Shown here piece by piece: positions 37,700 through 50,157 of a stretch of 64,000 bases of DNA. The notes beneath the pieces were generated by a model, which ran no database searches, had not been told where the DNA came from, and saw only the letters and a list, made by a program, of their open reading frames with translations. Positions within the stretch are counted from its first letter, which is position 1, and each line of letters begins with the position of its first letter. A program made the translations under genes and the position numbers. This DNA comes from Gekko japonicus (lineage: Eukaryota). Location of the stretch: NCBI RefSeq assembly GCF_001447785.1, contig NW_015174296.1:517862-581861 (forward strand), read 5' to 3'.

Positions 37700-38940
37700 C
37701 AAGTGTTAATTCTTTTCTTTATATGGCTTAGGGCCTGGTTACCTGAAGGACCATCTCCTCCTGTGCTGTCCATTATGCTAGTTATATCTGTCTCCTAAGC
37801 TTTGCTATCTGTACCCCTGCCTGTAGGTGGGAGGAGACTAGAGACAGTTGCCTTTAGAATTCCTTTTCCCTTAAGGTTCACCTCTTTTTACTAAGCTTTC
37901 AACTAACGGGCTTTCTCCAGCTGTTTTAAAAATATTATTTAGGCTGCTCAGTTTTGTTTGAGGCCATTTTAATGCCTTTGGCTTGTTTTAATATTGGCAA
38001 TAAGAGAACATAAGAGAAGCCAATGTTGGATCAGGCCAATGGCTCATCCAGTCCAACACTCTGTCACACAGTGGCCAAAAATACCAGGTGCCATCAGGAG
38101 GTCCACCAGTGGGGCCAGGACACTAGAAGCCCCCCCCCCAAGCACCAAGAACACAGTGCATCACTTACCCCAGACTAAGAGTTCCTATCTATACCTTGCG
38201 ACTAACAGCCACTGATGGACTTCTGCTCCATATGTTTATCCAATTCCCTCTTGAAGCCATCCATGCTTGTAGCTGCCGCCATCTCCTGTGACAGTGAATT
38301 CCAGGTGTTAATCACTCTTTGGGTGAAGAAGTAATTCCTTTTATCTGTTCTAACCCGACTGTTCAGCAATTTCATTGAGTGCCCACGAGTTGTTGTATCG
38401 TGAGAAAGGGAGAAAAGTACTTCTTTTTCTACCTGCTCTATCCCATGCATAATCTTGTAAACCTCGATCATGTCACCCCTCAGTCATCGTTTCTCCAAGC
38501 TAAAGAGCCCCAAGCGTTTTAACCTTTCTTCATAGGGAAAGTGTTCCAACTATCATTCTAGTTGCCCTTTTCTGCACTTTTTCTATAATATCCTTTTTGA
38601 GGTGTGGTGACCAGAACTGTACACAGTATTCCAAATGAGGTCGCACCATCAATTTATACAGGGGCATTATGATACTGGCTGATTTGTTTTCAGTTCCCTT
38701 TCTAATAATCACCAGCATAGTGTTGGTCTTTTTTATTGCAGTCATACACTGTCTCGACATTTTCATTGAGTTATCTACTATGACTCCAAGATCTCTCTAT
38801 TGGTCAGTCTCTGCCAATTCAGACCCCATCAACGTGTATTTATAGTAAGGATTTTAAATGTTGTTTCTATTATTTTATTGTTTTTAATTGAGAGCCGCCC
38901 TAACCAAATCTCTGGAAAAGTGGCGTATACATTTTCTTAA
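37700..38940 (+). mobile_element. Old L2 3' fragment, split by a CR1 insertion
   Basis: TATGGCTTAGGGCCTGGTTACCTGAAGGACCATCTC (GLGPGYLKDHL) on the left; L2-type tail GAGAGCCGCCCT...GTGGCGTATA on the right. Confidence 0.55.
37998..38850 (-). mobile_element. CR1 LINE 3' fragment
   Basis: LYKLMVRPHLEYCVQFWSPHLKKDI and MIEVYKIMHGIE...FTQRVINTWNSL; tail AAGAGAACATAAGAG. Confidence 0.92.
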
Positions 38941-40197
38941 TCAATTAACCCATCTTCAAACTAGTTTCAGATCCTGGTTTGAGATTTCCTAACTAACCAT
39001 AGTTGGTGGTTGGCTGTGTTTGGATGATTAACAGTCAGCCCATACCCATAGGTATGAACTGAGCCATTATCCTACAAAAGATATGATTTATTATTGTTAT
39101 AAAACCATTGGCAAAATCAATCATTGCTACATTTGGCAAGATCTTTGAATTAGCTTCAATTACAGCACAGTCTTTTCTTTTTCACCCAGTTTGAAATCCA
39201 TACCTTGTTCTAAATAAAAACCACTTCTTAATAATTCTATTAAATACCTTCATGGAAACACTTGCAAGGAAGGAAACTGTATCAAAGATTTGACAGTATC
39301 CTGATTCAAAGCAATCTATTATTATCTGAGCTAGTGTAATTCTTTCATAATAGTCAAATTAGGAATTGCCATTCAAGTTCACACCAGAAATTACTCTATA
39401 GCTGCCAGACTATTCTCATTCTTTAATAGTTTAATTGTAACACAGTTAAAGTGGTCTCATTGAATGAAGTAAAGTGTGTGACTATTGGGCAGGTATCTTG
39501 ATCAGGCAGAGGGGATAAAACCTTTTTACATATAACAGTGTTTTATTTCTAATTGAGTATTTGTATTTTTTGCATATGTCATTTAATAGTGGAGGATCTA
39601 CTATGATCTGTGTGTGGTAGTCAGGCATCATAATTCAGCAAGAGAAGTCTTCAAGTGAAAATAAGTTTCCATCATGAATTTCCCCTATCAGGTGAACCAA
39701 AGGACACAACAGAATCCTGCATTTAAAACCGAGGTGAACAAGTGATGCTCCTATATTGTGTGTGTTCAGTGATAACAGATGCTCATTGTGTTCTTCAACA
39801 ATGTCAGCCATCTGTTACACTGGGGTATGAAATGGATGGCTCTTCTATCTCCTGAACACTCCACCTTATAGCTAACAACACTGACCATTTATTAGGTGAA
39901 GCACTAATAGAAACCTAAGTTCCATAAACTTATCTTTGAAGGGACAGTCTTTATCTTTGTTCCTAGCTCTCTACATTAGGTCAATGGGCTGTGGTCCTTT
40001 TAGATATAAAGAATATACATGCACCAGACTGCAACTATTTTTTTTTTGGCCCCCAAAGGGGATTTTTTATTGCATTTTCTATAAACTACAATGAAAAAAA
40101 GGGAAGGGGAAACTACAACTATGGGAGAAAGGAAAGAAAACCACTAAAACCCCAAGTAAAGGAGATCATTACGACAGCTTGTATCAGTTTTAGTCTA

Positions 40198-40863
40198 CAA
40201 CAACAGGGGGACTCGTGATACTTGCAGGGGGGGGAGGAAGCAGCAGGAGTAGGGAAGTCGGCGCTGCCCTCGCTACTCTTCCCCCCCCGGCCCTCGCTAC
40301 TCTTCCCCCCCAATCCCGGCACACCTTCCAAAGCAGTCCGGCCGGGCGAGCTCTGCTGGGGCAGGCGGCGGGCTTCTCTTCTGGGGAAGAAGCCGGTGAC
40401 GGCGTGGCAGGAGGAGGAGGGCCCGGCAGGGACTCGGCCACCTCGCGGCTCGGCGGGCTCAACCTGATGCAAGTAGGTACGTGGGGTGAGGGGCGAGCCG
40501 GTCTGGGGCTGCCCCTCGCTACTCTCCCCACCCCACCCCTGCTCGCCGCTCTGCCTCCCCCCTGCTCACCGCTCTGCCTCCCCCCTGCTCGCCGCTCTGC
40601 CTCCCCCCCGCTCGCCGCTCGCTGCTCCCCTCGCAAGCGGCGGTGGTGGCCTTCACAGAGCGTTCCGTGCGCATGCACACGGAATGCTCTGGCACTTTCG
40701 GGGGGATTTAAACATCCCCCGAAATTATTTCCATTTAGCATTTTTGTGCACACGTGGGGACTGCCCCATGTGTGCACAAACCTCTCCCTGCCCCCCAAGT
40801 GGCCCCGGAGCGCGGATTTAGATATCCGCACAGACGGGGCCACTTGGCTATTAGGTATATAGA
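40198..40863 (-). mobile_element. Non-autonomous Helitron-like element, family A, nested in the L1-derived 3' UTR
   Basis: Minus strand A|TCTATATA ... TTG|T with no TSD; ends homologous to 8667-9412; internal GC-rich short tandem units. Confidence 0.65.
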
Positions 40864-41002
40864 TGCTGTCATTACATTGAACATGGTCATGTAACCTATA
40901 TTATTTATCTTTATAATTATTAATTTCACTGTTTAAAGAAAATCACAAGAGCATCAACATTTAATAAATGCTTATAAGGCACAATTCAGAGTTCTTCAGC
41001 CT

Positions 41003-41914
41003 TCATTTTATTTTATCCTTTCTAATCATCAGTTGATAATCGTGTTTGGGGGCCGCTGCCCCCTTCTCGGAAGCAGAGTCCTCGTCAGAAGTAGAGTTAG
41101 ATGAAGTAGCTATATCTCTAGGTTTACTGTCAACATCTTCTTTGCCATCCTCACCAGACTCTCCCAGTTGCAGTCTCAGAAACCCCTGCGCTTTGAAAAC
41201 AGAGTCAGTCTTTTCTTTTTTATCCTTAAGTTTGAAAAGGACACCTTCGGGAACCAACCATCTATAAGGAATGCTGTTTGTTTGTAAAAACATTATCAAG
41301 TATTTATATTCCTTCCTCTTCTTCCTTATTTCGAATGGGATATCTTTTAAAATCCTGATGATGTTGCCTCCAATTTTCAAGGGTGCGCCTGATGTTCCTT
41401 TCAGGATTTGATCCCTCACATGTCTCTTTGAGAATCTTAGCACTATCTCTCCAGGCAGATTATTCTTTTTGATGTATACAGAATAGGCTCTATAAACCAC
41501 ATCCATTTCGCTTGTAAGATATCCACTTTTAAATCTGTAATTGGAGCCAGCGCCTCACTCAACATTTGTTTTAGATTCTCATCTTTAGCCTCAGAGACTT
41601 CTTGAAATTGAAGAACAAAGTTGGCTTTCTCCATTTGTATCTGCAATAGCTGAGATTCAGAAGAAACTTGCTTCTTTTCCAACGACTGCACCCTTTTTAA
41701 AAACCTTTTTTGATTTGGTATCCATTTCCTTCTCCTTCTCAACTGTTTGCTCTGACAATTTTTTAGTTTCATTCAATTGGAGCTGCTGAGCTGCAAAGTT
41801 CTGGTTTAATGTTGTCAGCTGTTGGTTGATGTTCATCATCTGGTCCAGTAGAGGGCGCAAAGAGTCTACTAACAGTTTAGAAAACTCGGTGGTATCTTCC
41901 GGTCGTGGGCTCAT
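41003..41914 (-). pseudogene. L1 ORF1p (coiled coil, RRM, CTD), two frameshifts
   Basis: Three overlapping ORFs (41657-41914, 41443-41772, 41003-41506): a Q/L heptad region, DVVYRA...GEIVLRF, and IRILKDIP..RKKRKEY...YRWLVP.GV.F. Confidence 0.82.
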
Positions 41915-44054
41915 ACTTCCAGAAGGTTTTAGTTTTGTCTCTCCTCCGTCCCCCCCGTCACGTTAGCGGATTGTTTACTTTTTAAAAGAACCTGCTAAAG
42001 CAGTCCCCCCAAACGCTTATTGGCGCTCTGGTGTATTTCTTAAAACAGATTTCCACGCTTATACTTCAGCTCCCCCTTAAAAAACCGTTACTTTGTTCAT
42101 GCGTATGGGAGGGGCCCCTCCCCAGCTCGCTAGTCTTGTCGTTCCCAGGGAAGCTTTCTTTTATAACCCAGTGTTTTCATTTAACTCGACTCACTGTTCA
42201 TCGTTGGTCCGGAGACCTCGCCAAAGTTATGTGTAAAATGCCCAATCTCCAACGCTTGTCCCGGTTGGCGGCTCGAGTTCCATTGCGGACACACAACAGC
42301 CAGACTGTCGGGGTGGAAGAGCACCTCAATTCCCCAGTATCGCGCTGGCAAAGTCACCCTTCAAAAGCCCCATGGCTAGGAGTTTATCACAAAGGCTCTG
42401 GGGGGTGGCGTCCAATCACCCCCCCTCCTAGCCGCTGGTGCATGGATCTCCTCCCCGGGAGCTACCAGGGATGCATCCGCTAGTGGGTCGCCCTAAACCG
42501 GAAGTCCCAGACTGCAACTATTGAATGTTATATTTTAAAGGATGATGTCTTTTCAGTATTTACACCATACTCTGTGCTCACTTGGATACTACAGATATAT
42601 ATTTTTGAAAGACTGATCCCCCCCCTTTCTGTTGAATGGTTTCAAAAGCTTTCTGCTGTATAGTACAGGGCAGTATGTCCTTTTGAGATTTCTTAATTTA
42701 TCTTATAAGCAATTAAGACCTTTTCTGCTGCTAAATTAGTGCAAGGCCTGTTGCAGCATCTTTGCTCTTCTACAATCTCCACTAATTGTGCAGTCCTAAG
42801 CACATTCATTCATTCATTTACTTTATTTATGGCCCACCTCTCTCACTGAAACTCAAGGTGGGTTTACATGGATTTGTCAGTATGTTCGTTCCACTAAGAC
42901 CTTCCCAAGGGAATTTGTCTATGTTCGGGATGCATATTACTCTTCAGAAGGTCCGTGGCAAGTCAATGAAGTTCAGAATTTACAAATGGGTTACGCTTTC
43001 ATGTAGTGTTCAGACTGATGAGACATGAACCTATACACCTTCAATTTGATTCCAGCATGACTTTGAGGCTGTGAGAGTTCTGGATGACCAGTAGTAAATA
43101 TAGTAGACTACAGAGGCAGAGGAAGAAGCCTTAATCAGACATTGACAGGTATGAAGAAGCAAATTTACAAAGTAGTATGAACCAACTAACCACAACCAAT
43201 CTTATCTAGTAAAATTCCAACCATGTCTTCCCTGTGCAGTATAGTTGCACAGTTTGAGTACATTTTCTCTCTGCAGTTTTTAACACATGATGTTCTTGGC
43301 TATTTGAAATGGATCATTAATTAGTTTTATTTCATCTAATGTTATGCTTTTCCTAACAATGGGAGTATTCCTAGGCAGGTCTACTTAGAAGTAAGCTGCA
43401 TGTTATTCAAGTAGCCATTATCTATTTCATTGTAGTTGAAGATAGAAAACTTTCTTCCTTTAGAGGCTGTAGAAATCCATGCAAGAAAAACTGCTTGAAT
43501 TCTGCCTCCTGATTAGCGGCCTCAGAAAGCAACAGTCTGTGTTTTCTGCAGTGCTGTGCATTATCTCTGTCATCCTCTCCCTTTCACACACCTATATACA
43601 GCCTCAACAAAAGCATCAGAAAAAATGCTTTTAGCATTCTATTTTAGGGAGGAAATTGCTGGGATAAATTTTAAAAGGCACTGTGTGATATGTGGTTGGC
43701 AAATGGATCTTGCTTTAGAGAGAGAATACAGTGATGTGAAAAATAAATGCTGCACTGAGGCAAGAAAGGCAAGTTTAGAACAAATGTGGAAGCTTAAAAT
43801 ATATATTTAACAATTTAGAAGGAAAACCAGTGTTACATTTGTTTCTTCTGGTCATTGGGGTAAAGGGGGGCTTTATTGTGCTATCTTAATGTGAAGGGAC
43901 ATCTGTTTCCTGGTAATAGTGGCTTGTAGCAAGACATTATGTGGTTTGGGTGGGGTGTTAGGTTAAGTTGTAGTGTGTGCGTAAGCTCTGTAAAATATGA
44001 AAAACCCAAACAGTCCTATATTTATTTTAAATAATTAGTAAAATTATATTTTCA

Positions 44055-45617
44055 CTAGGAATAAGGCCCATTGTGGAAATAAATACAACGGCTCTAGAAA
44101 GAGGCTCTGGGCGGGTGCAGTGGCTTACTGTTTTCTCCAGGGGGAACTGATCTCTGTCATCTGAAGAGCAGCTGTAATTCTGAGTGATCTCCAGCCATCC
44201 CCTGGGGATTGGCAACAACGGTTCCCCAGGAGGAAATGGCTGGTTTGGAGGGTAGAGTCTATGGCATTGTACCTGTCTTGGAGGTAGCAACCCTATCTCC
44301 TTCCCAGCTAACCATCAACATACTGTTATCCAACCCTCTGACTTCAGCTTTCCATCNNNNNNNNNNNNNNNNNNNNNNNNNNNNNNNNNNNNNNNNNNNN
44401 NNNNNNNNNNNNNNNNNNNNNNNNNNNNNNNNNNNNNNNNNNNNNNNNNNNNNNNNNNNNNNNNNNNNNNNNNNNNNNNNNNNNNNNNNNNNNNNNNNNN
44501 NNNNNNNNNNNNNNNNNNNNNNNNNNNNNNNNNNNNNNNNNNNNNNNNNNNNNNNNNNNNNNNNNNNNNNNNNNNNNNNNNNNNNNNNNNNNNNNNNNNN
44601 NNNNNNNNNNNNNNNNNNNNNNNNNNNNNNNNNNNNNNNNNNNNNNNNNNNNNNNNNNNNNNNNNNNNNNNNNNNNNNNNNNNNNNNNNNNNTCCAGGCT
44701 CCACCCCTCAAATATCCAGGAATGTCCCTACCTGGAGTTGGTAACCCTATCTCCTTCCCAGCCAACCATCAACCTATCATTATCTGCCCCTGATCTTTAT
44801 CATTTGGAAAGCAGTTTTAATTCTGAGTGATATCCAGCCCTCACCTGGAGATTGGCAGCAGTGGTTCCCCAGGAGGAAAATGCAGTCTTTCTCTGCAGTG
44901 GAGACCAAAGTAGCTTACATCATTCTTCTCTCCCCCTTTCAGTTTGCACAACAACCCTGTGAGGTAGGTTAGGCTGAAAGTCTGTGACTGGTCCGAAATC
45001 ACCCACTCAACTTCTACAGCAAGAACCAGGGTCTAGCAGACCCTGCTCTGAAGCACTAACTGCTATGCCTAGGATAGCCAACGTCCAGGTGGAGCCTGAA
45101 GATCGTTGGGTATCACAACTGAACTCCAGACAATAGATCTCTCCCCCCCCCCGGAGAAAATAACTGCTTTGGAGGGTAGACTCTATGGCATTCCTCCCCA
45201 AACTCTGGCTTCCTTAGACTCCACCACAGAATATCCAGAAATTTCCCAACCTGGAGCTGGCAACCCTAGTCAGGACTGGCCCCAATGAGTTCTCCACAAA
45301 GGCCTGGAAAGGGCTTTCTTCCTTTGCCTTTTTACTGACAGAACTAAGATGGGTTGCCTAGCAACAGCCACTGAGGGAAAAGTTAGTCCCACAGGAGCCA
45401 AGCAGGAGAAGTGTCTTCATCAGGAGAGACAGGCAGTTTATTCTGTGAGGGAAGAGTGTCCAGGCTGGCAGTGGGCGTGGGAGAGGAGTGGACCCAGCCA
45501 CAAGCCAGTCACATGTGAGTACTCTTGAGTGGCGGTTGATGGGCCAATGGCTGATGGAGTGCACTGCACAGCCAATGGAAAAGCTGGAAATGGCCAATGT
45601 GTAAGGGAATTATATAT
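44055..45617 (-). mobile_element. Non-autonomous Helitron, family B (contains an N gap)
   Basis: Minus-strand 3' end GCCGTTGT-ATTTATTTCC-ACAATGGGC-CTTATTC-CTAG|T (hairpin plus CTAG); (TA)n 5' end; colinear with 57975-59440. Confidence 0.8.
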
Positions 45618-45952
45618 TAATGATAACATTAAACAGCAGTACCAAATGTTCATCAAGCATCCTTTGCAGTTATTGGCCATAATACTGGAAGTTGCAAGCA
45701 GGTTTATTTCTTATGGACCAATTGGATAAAATCCTATGTTGATTTTTCTGTATATCTCCATAAGTTAAGGAACCAGAGACTCTTTCCTTTTTAGAATATA
45801 AAATCTGAAAATCTAGAGAAGGACAATCGAATATCCCAAAGAAAACTGCATCCATGTAAGCCCTCCTCCCATGGCTACAGCCCTAGTGTCCATGGCTGCA
45901 CATGGGATGGATAACCATTAAGCCCATTACAGCTGCTACAAGAAAGAGTTTA

Positions 45953-46240
45953 AGAAGAGAAGAAGAAGAGATTGGAGTTATACCCCACCCTTCACTACCC
46001 AAAGGTGTCTCAGAGCGGCTTACAAACTCCTTTCCCTTCCCCTCCCCACAACAGACACCCTGTGAGGTAGGTGGGGCTGAGAGAGCTCTTGACAGAAACT
46101 GCTCTTTTTCAAGAACACCTCTTATCAGAACTACGGCTTGCCCAAGGTCATCCAGCCAGGTGCAAGTGGAGGAGTGGGGAATCAAACCTGGTTCTCCCAG
46201 ATTAGAGTCAGTGCACTTAACCACTACACCAAACTGGCTC
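45953..46240 (-). mobile_element. Squam3-like tRNA SINE, full length, short-repeat tail
   Basis: Reverse complement of 58745-59038; head GAGCCAGTTTGGTGTAGTGGTTAAG. Confidence 0.85.
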
Positions 46241-49200
46241 TTAATGAGATTAACAATTAATGAGATTAACAGTTTCTTCAGAACACTGGCACTTACTTTG
46301 ATTGATCTGGACTAATTTGCTGTACATGTTGGATGAAGAATTTGCTAAAGATTTGGTCCCTTTCATGCATAACACAGGTTTATGATGATTTATCCTGAAG
46401 TGTACTATATGTTCAGCTTTCTGTTCTTACTTATCATTTAGCATTCCTTTGTATTGTTAGGTAAAGGTTAAAGGTATTGTTAGCTGATCCTAAATTAGAG
46501 GAGGTAAGAACTACATACACCCACCATGAGTTACTTGGAGAAAGGGTGGGCTAAAAATGTGATAGATCCAGATTTTAATATGAAAGAGATAATGGGTAAA
46601 TATCAAGAACATGGAAGTCTGGACACAGGTACATCAGAATCTGAGATCTGAAACTCATTTATTCAAAAGTAGACTAACTAAAGTCAGTGAACTCACAGTA
46701 GCATTAAAAGGTTGCATTGACTGCAGTTACAGCCTCAGTAAAATACTGTTGTATCTGGAAATAAAGAGTTATTGTTAACTGATCTTCAAAAGAAAGTTGC
46801 TTTGTTTTTACCTTTCAATATTACCAGCCAGTTTCCCCCACGTAGTTCAGCTTTTTTCCTGCAAAAAAAAGACTCCCACATCCAGTTCAGGGGTTCAGTT
46901 TCTAGAGGGGAGAATATTACGACAGTGTGTGTGGCATTCAAAATGTGCTTAACTGAATCTTCTCAGTACTGGGAAAATGATATACAGGAACACATGATAC
47001 TACCTTATACGGAATCAGACCACTGGTCCATCAGAGTCAGAACTGTCTCCTCAGATGGGCCGTAGGCTCACCAGGATCTCAGGCAGAGGTTTTTCATATC
47101 ACTTGGAACCTGATCCTTTTATTTGGAGATGTTGTGAATTGAACCTTGGACCTTTTTCATGCCAAACAGATGCTCTACTACTGAGCTACAGCTCCTTCTA
47201 ATGGAATTTACAGTGTGGTGGGGGGTTTTTTTTTGCTTGATACAGAGTGAGGAATGTAGGGATGTTGAAAGAGAGTAAGAATAAATAATACATCAGTGAA
47301 ACGTGGTTCAATAATAATATGCAGCCATAAAAATTTGAAACTCCAAGTATTACTTATATCTCATTAACAAGCTGAAGAACTAAATTTAGTTTTGCTGAAC
47401 AGAAAGCATGAGTACCCTATGATGACTGGTTCTCTTCCAGGATTTCCTTAGCAGAGGGAAGGCCACAGGCTGTCAGGTACACACCCTTGCCCTTGGTCCA
47501 TGCCCCAGCCATTTATCCCCTCTGCTCCTGGATACTTCAAGAGACCATGGCAGGTCTGATCATGGGTAGGTCCATGCTGGGGCTTCCAGGCCTGAGGGCC
47601 CTGCTGACTGTGCTAGCTCAGGGTCCCTTTGGGAAGACCCTGAGACCCTGGGCTCACTGGAAGGATTTGCCAAAGCAGGGCTCAGGGATAGGTTGCTCTT
47701 CTCTTCCTCTTATGAGGACTCATCCTCCCATGCTACACCGGGGTGGTCTATGAGAACTCGGCTCTGTTCAATAGTGCTTATCCTGACAAGCATAGATTTT
47801 GCGCTAAGGAAAGGTTAGCAAGATATGCTCATGCCCCTCAACACTAGCAACCAGCAATCATTCTGATTATTGAAAGTATTGTCTGATTGGAAGGCTCAAC
47901 CAGTCCTTAATTCATCCAGAGTGAGAGTAAAATGAGGACCCTGGAATGCATTTAAATGTATTTTTATTTATTTTCAAAATTTCATATTCTCCCTTTATGG
48001 CCTTACAAGGCCCTTGGAACATCATTTCTCAAGAGATGCAAATTTAATCCTTAACTGGGGGACAGGGATCCAATCAAGGCAACATCTATTTGTGGCAGGG
48101 CACAGTAGGCAGGGCTAGCATAAAGATTCCTAACAATTTCAAAAGTTAATAAAGTAAGCTTGTTGTTCAAAGAGTGAGAGCCAACTCAAAACCTTTTTTG
48201 CTTCATTTTTGAAGTTGTGAAATCAAGCCAGTAAACTTTACTTAAGTGATGTTATGTGGCTTTTTCAACACATTTCTACAGCTGGCTCAGCACTGCAAGC
48301 CACTCAGAAGTGGACGGAGCAACGATATGCCAGTTTGCAAACTAAAGATACGTTGAAGCAAAATCCTCTGACTATTTCAGTACATTGCGATGTCAACAGA
48401 CCATAGTGAAAGTCAGCTAGAGTGTGTGTGGGAATAAATTCTCAGAGGGAGACTGTGTTTGCTACACCATTGAGTCAGGACCTTTTCACTGAAATCCCAT
48501 TAAAATAAATGGAACTCCTTTCAAAAATGGGGTTGCGAATAGAAGGAGAGATAAAAGGAGAGGTACACACAAGAGGATATGAAGGAACAGGTGAGGCAGA
48601 GTGATGTACAGAAGGGAGTTGGCAACACTCCCATCGATGCTGAGCTCTTCATTAGTTTTTCTAAACCACGGCCTCAGTTTTTATCTTAAATAATAAAGTA
48701 ACAAGCAAGAATGTTTAAAACTGGTGCAGTTCAAGCATTGGTTGGTGTTGTTGCTGAAAAACCACACTCAAACAATGGCAGCTTTATGTTGTAGCTAGAG
48801 CTTAAACATGACATTGCTTTGCTAACACTCATTGGAAACCATTACAGCTGCAGTGTGGAATCCATACATGAAACAGTCTTCCAGAAGTGGCCAGGTCATA
48901 TTTGGAGCATTTGAATGAGGCTTATATTAGCATGCATGGAAATTAGAAGACAATGGAAGTGTAAGAATGTTAATTTTAACACTGATGAGAAGAAAAGGTA
49001 AAATAAAAAGAAAACAAGTTTGAGATTTGCCACTCATACAAGATGATGGGAGATCCCTGAATGGATTTCTCAAGAAGTTTTAGTTGGTAAATAGCTGGGG
49101 GGGGGGGGTTTAGCACCCTATGAAACTTCCCTACATAGCAGTGGGTGATGGTAGAGGGGGAGGACTCTAAAGCAGTTTATCTGCCAAGTGTCAGGGAGAA

Positions 49201-49511
49201 TTATTTCTGTTTCACATTGCAACATTCCACTGCTGACAGAACAAAGTGTGTGTGTCAGTCTGCATCATCTAATAGCTGTTAGGCATGTTAGCCAGCATGC
49301 TAAAGGGGTCACACAAGGACACAGAACTCTGTAAGCCTGGCTGGTTTTATCTCCTCTCCTTTCCTTTGCATTTTATATTTGTTGTGCAAATAAGCATGCA
49401 GATGCAAAAAGCTGCTCACAACATAGATACTTGCATATGATTGCCCTTTGCATTTGGTACCATCAGAATCATCTTGACACCACCTTCCAGAGGTTTAGTT
49501 GCTCAAGTGAA

Positions 49512-49660
49512 TAAGAACATAAGAAGAGCCCTGCTGGTTCAGACAAGTAGTCCATCTATTCCAGCATCCTATCTCACACAGTGGCCAACCAGGTCCTCTG
49601 GAGCGCCAACAACAGGGCATAGAGGCCGAGGCCTCCCTCTGAATAAGAATCCCCACTTTG
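49512..49660 (-). mobile_element. CR1 3' UTR fragment
   Basis: ATAAGAACATAAGAAGAGCCCTGCTGG...CACACAGTGGCCAA. Confidence 0.7.
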
Positions 49661-49732
49661 CCTGATAAACATGCATTGAAAAGATGGATTAATGTCATTG
49701 GTTGGGTAAAGGGTGTTAGCAGGTGAACTTGT

Positions 49733-50157
49733 GGCCCCGGTCACACGGGAGGATTTGCCTCGCAAGAGAGATGGATTGGGGGTGCATCAAGCGGGCGCAA
49801 TCACACCACAACATCTGGGAAGCGGCGCGCACCCATCCCCGATCCGTCCCTTTGGCCCACAAATGCGCACCAAAAAGGTAGTAGCAACAGAGCACTACCT
49901 TCCGGATGATTCGCGGCAATGGAAGGCATCTGGTCGGGGAAGCGCTGGTAGCCCGTCGTAGCCAGTGCTGTTCCCCGTCCCATGCATGCGCACAACTGCG
50001 CTACTGCGGGTTTGCTGCACAACAGTGTGATTGGCTGCCAGAGCAGGGAGCACAGAGCCGCGGGGGCACGTCGGATTGCGCTCCCGCGGTTCTTTTTGCT
50101 CCGGCTCTGATTTGCCTCCCTTCGGCAGCGGATCATCCCGCTCGTGTGACCGGGACC
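49733..50157 (-). mobile_element. PIF/Harbinger-like MITE
   Basis: TIR GGCCCCGGTCACACG / CGTGTGACCGGGACC; 3-bp TSD TGT. Confidence 0.85.

Larger units (their letters stand above)
40040..42506 (-). mobile_element. L1-derived element with intact 5' end, ORF1 only, poly(A) tail and 16-bp TSD (HAL1-like)
   Basis: TSD CCAGACTGCAACTATT at 40024-40039 and 42507-42522. Minus strand starts GACTTCCGG. Minus-strand AATAAA at 40066-40071, then an A-run. No EN or RT sequence seen. Confidence 0.85.

Noticed and set aside
40190-40862. 215-217 aa GC-rich ORFs on both strands
   Set aside because: Low-complexity products of the GC-rich Helitron A interior; no recognisable domain.
44209-44793. Long ORFs spanning N runs (also 8609-9276)
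   Set aside because: Artefacts of translating assembly gaps.
47443-47812. TIR element (TTTCCTTAGC / GCTAAGGAAA)
   Set aside because: Only a 10-bp inverted match, with no second copy or TSD in the window.
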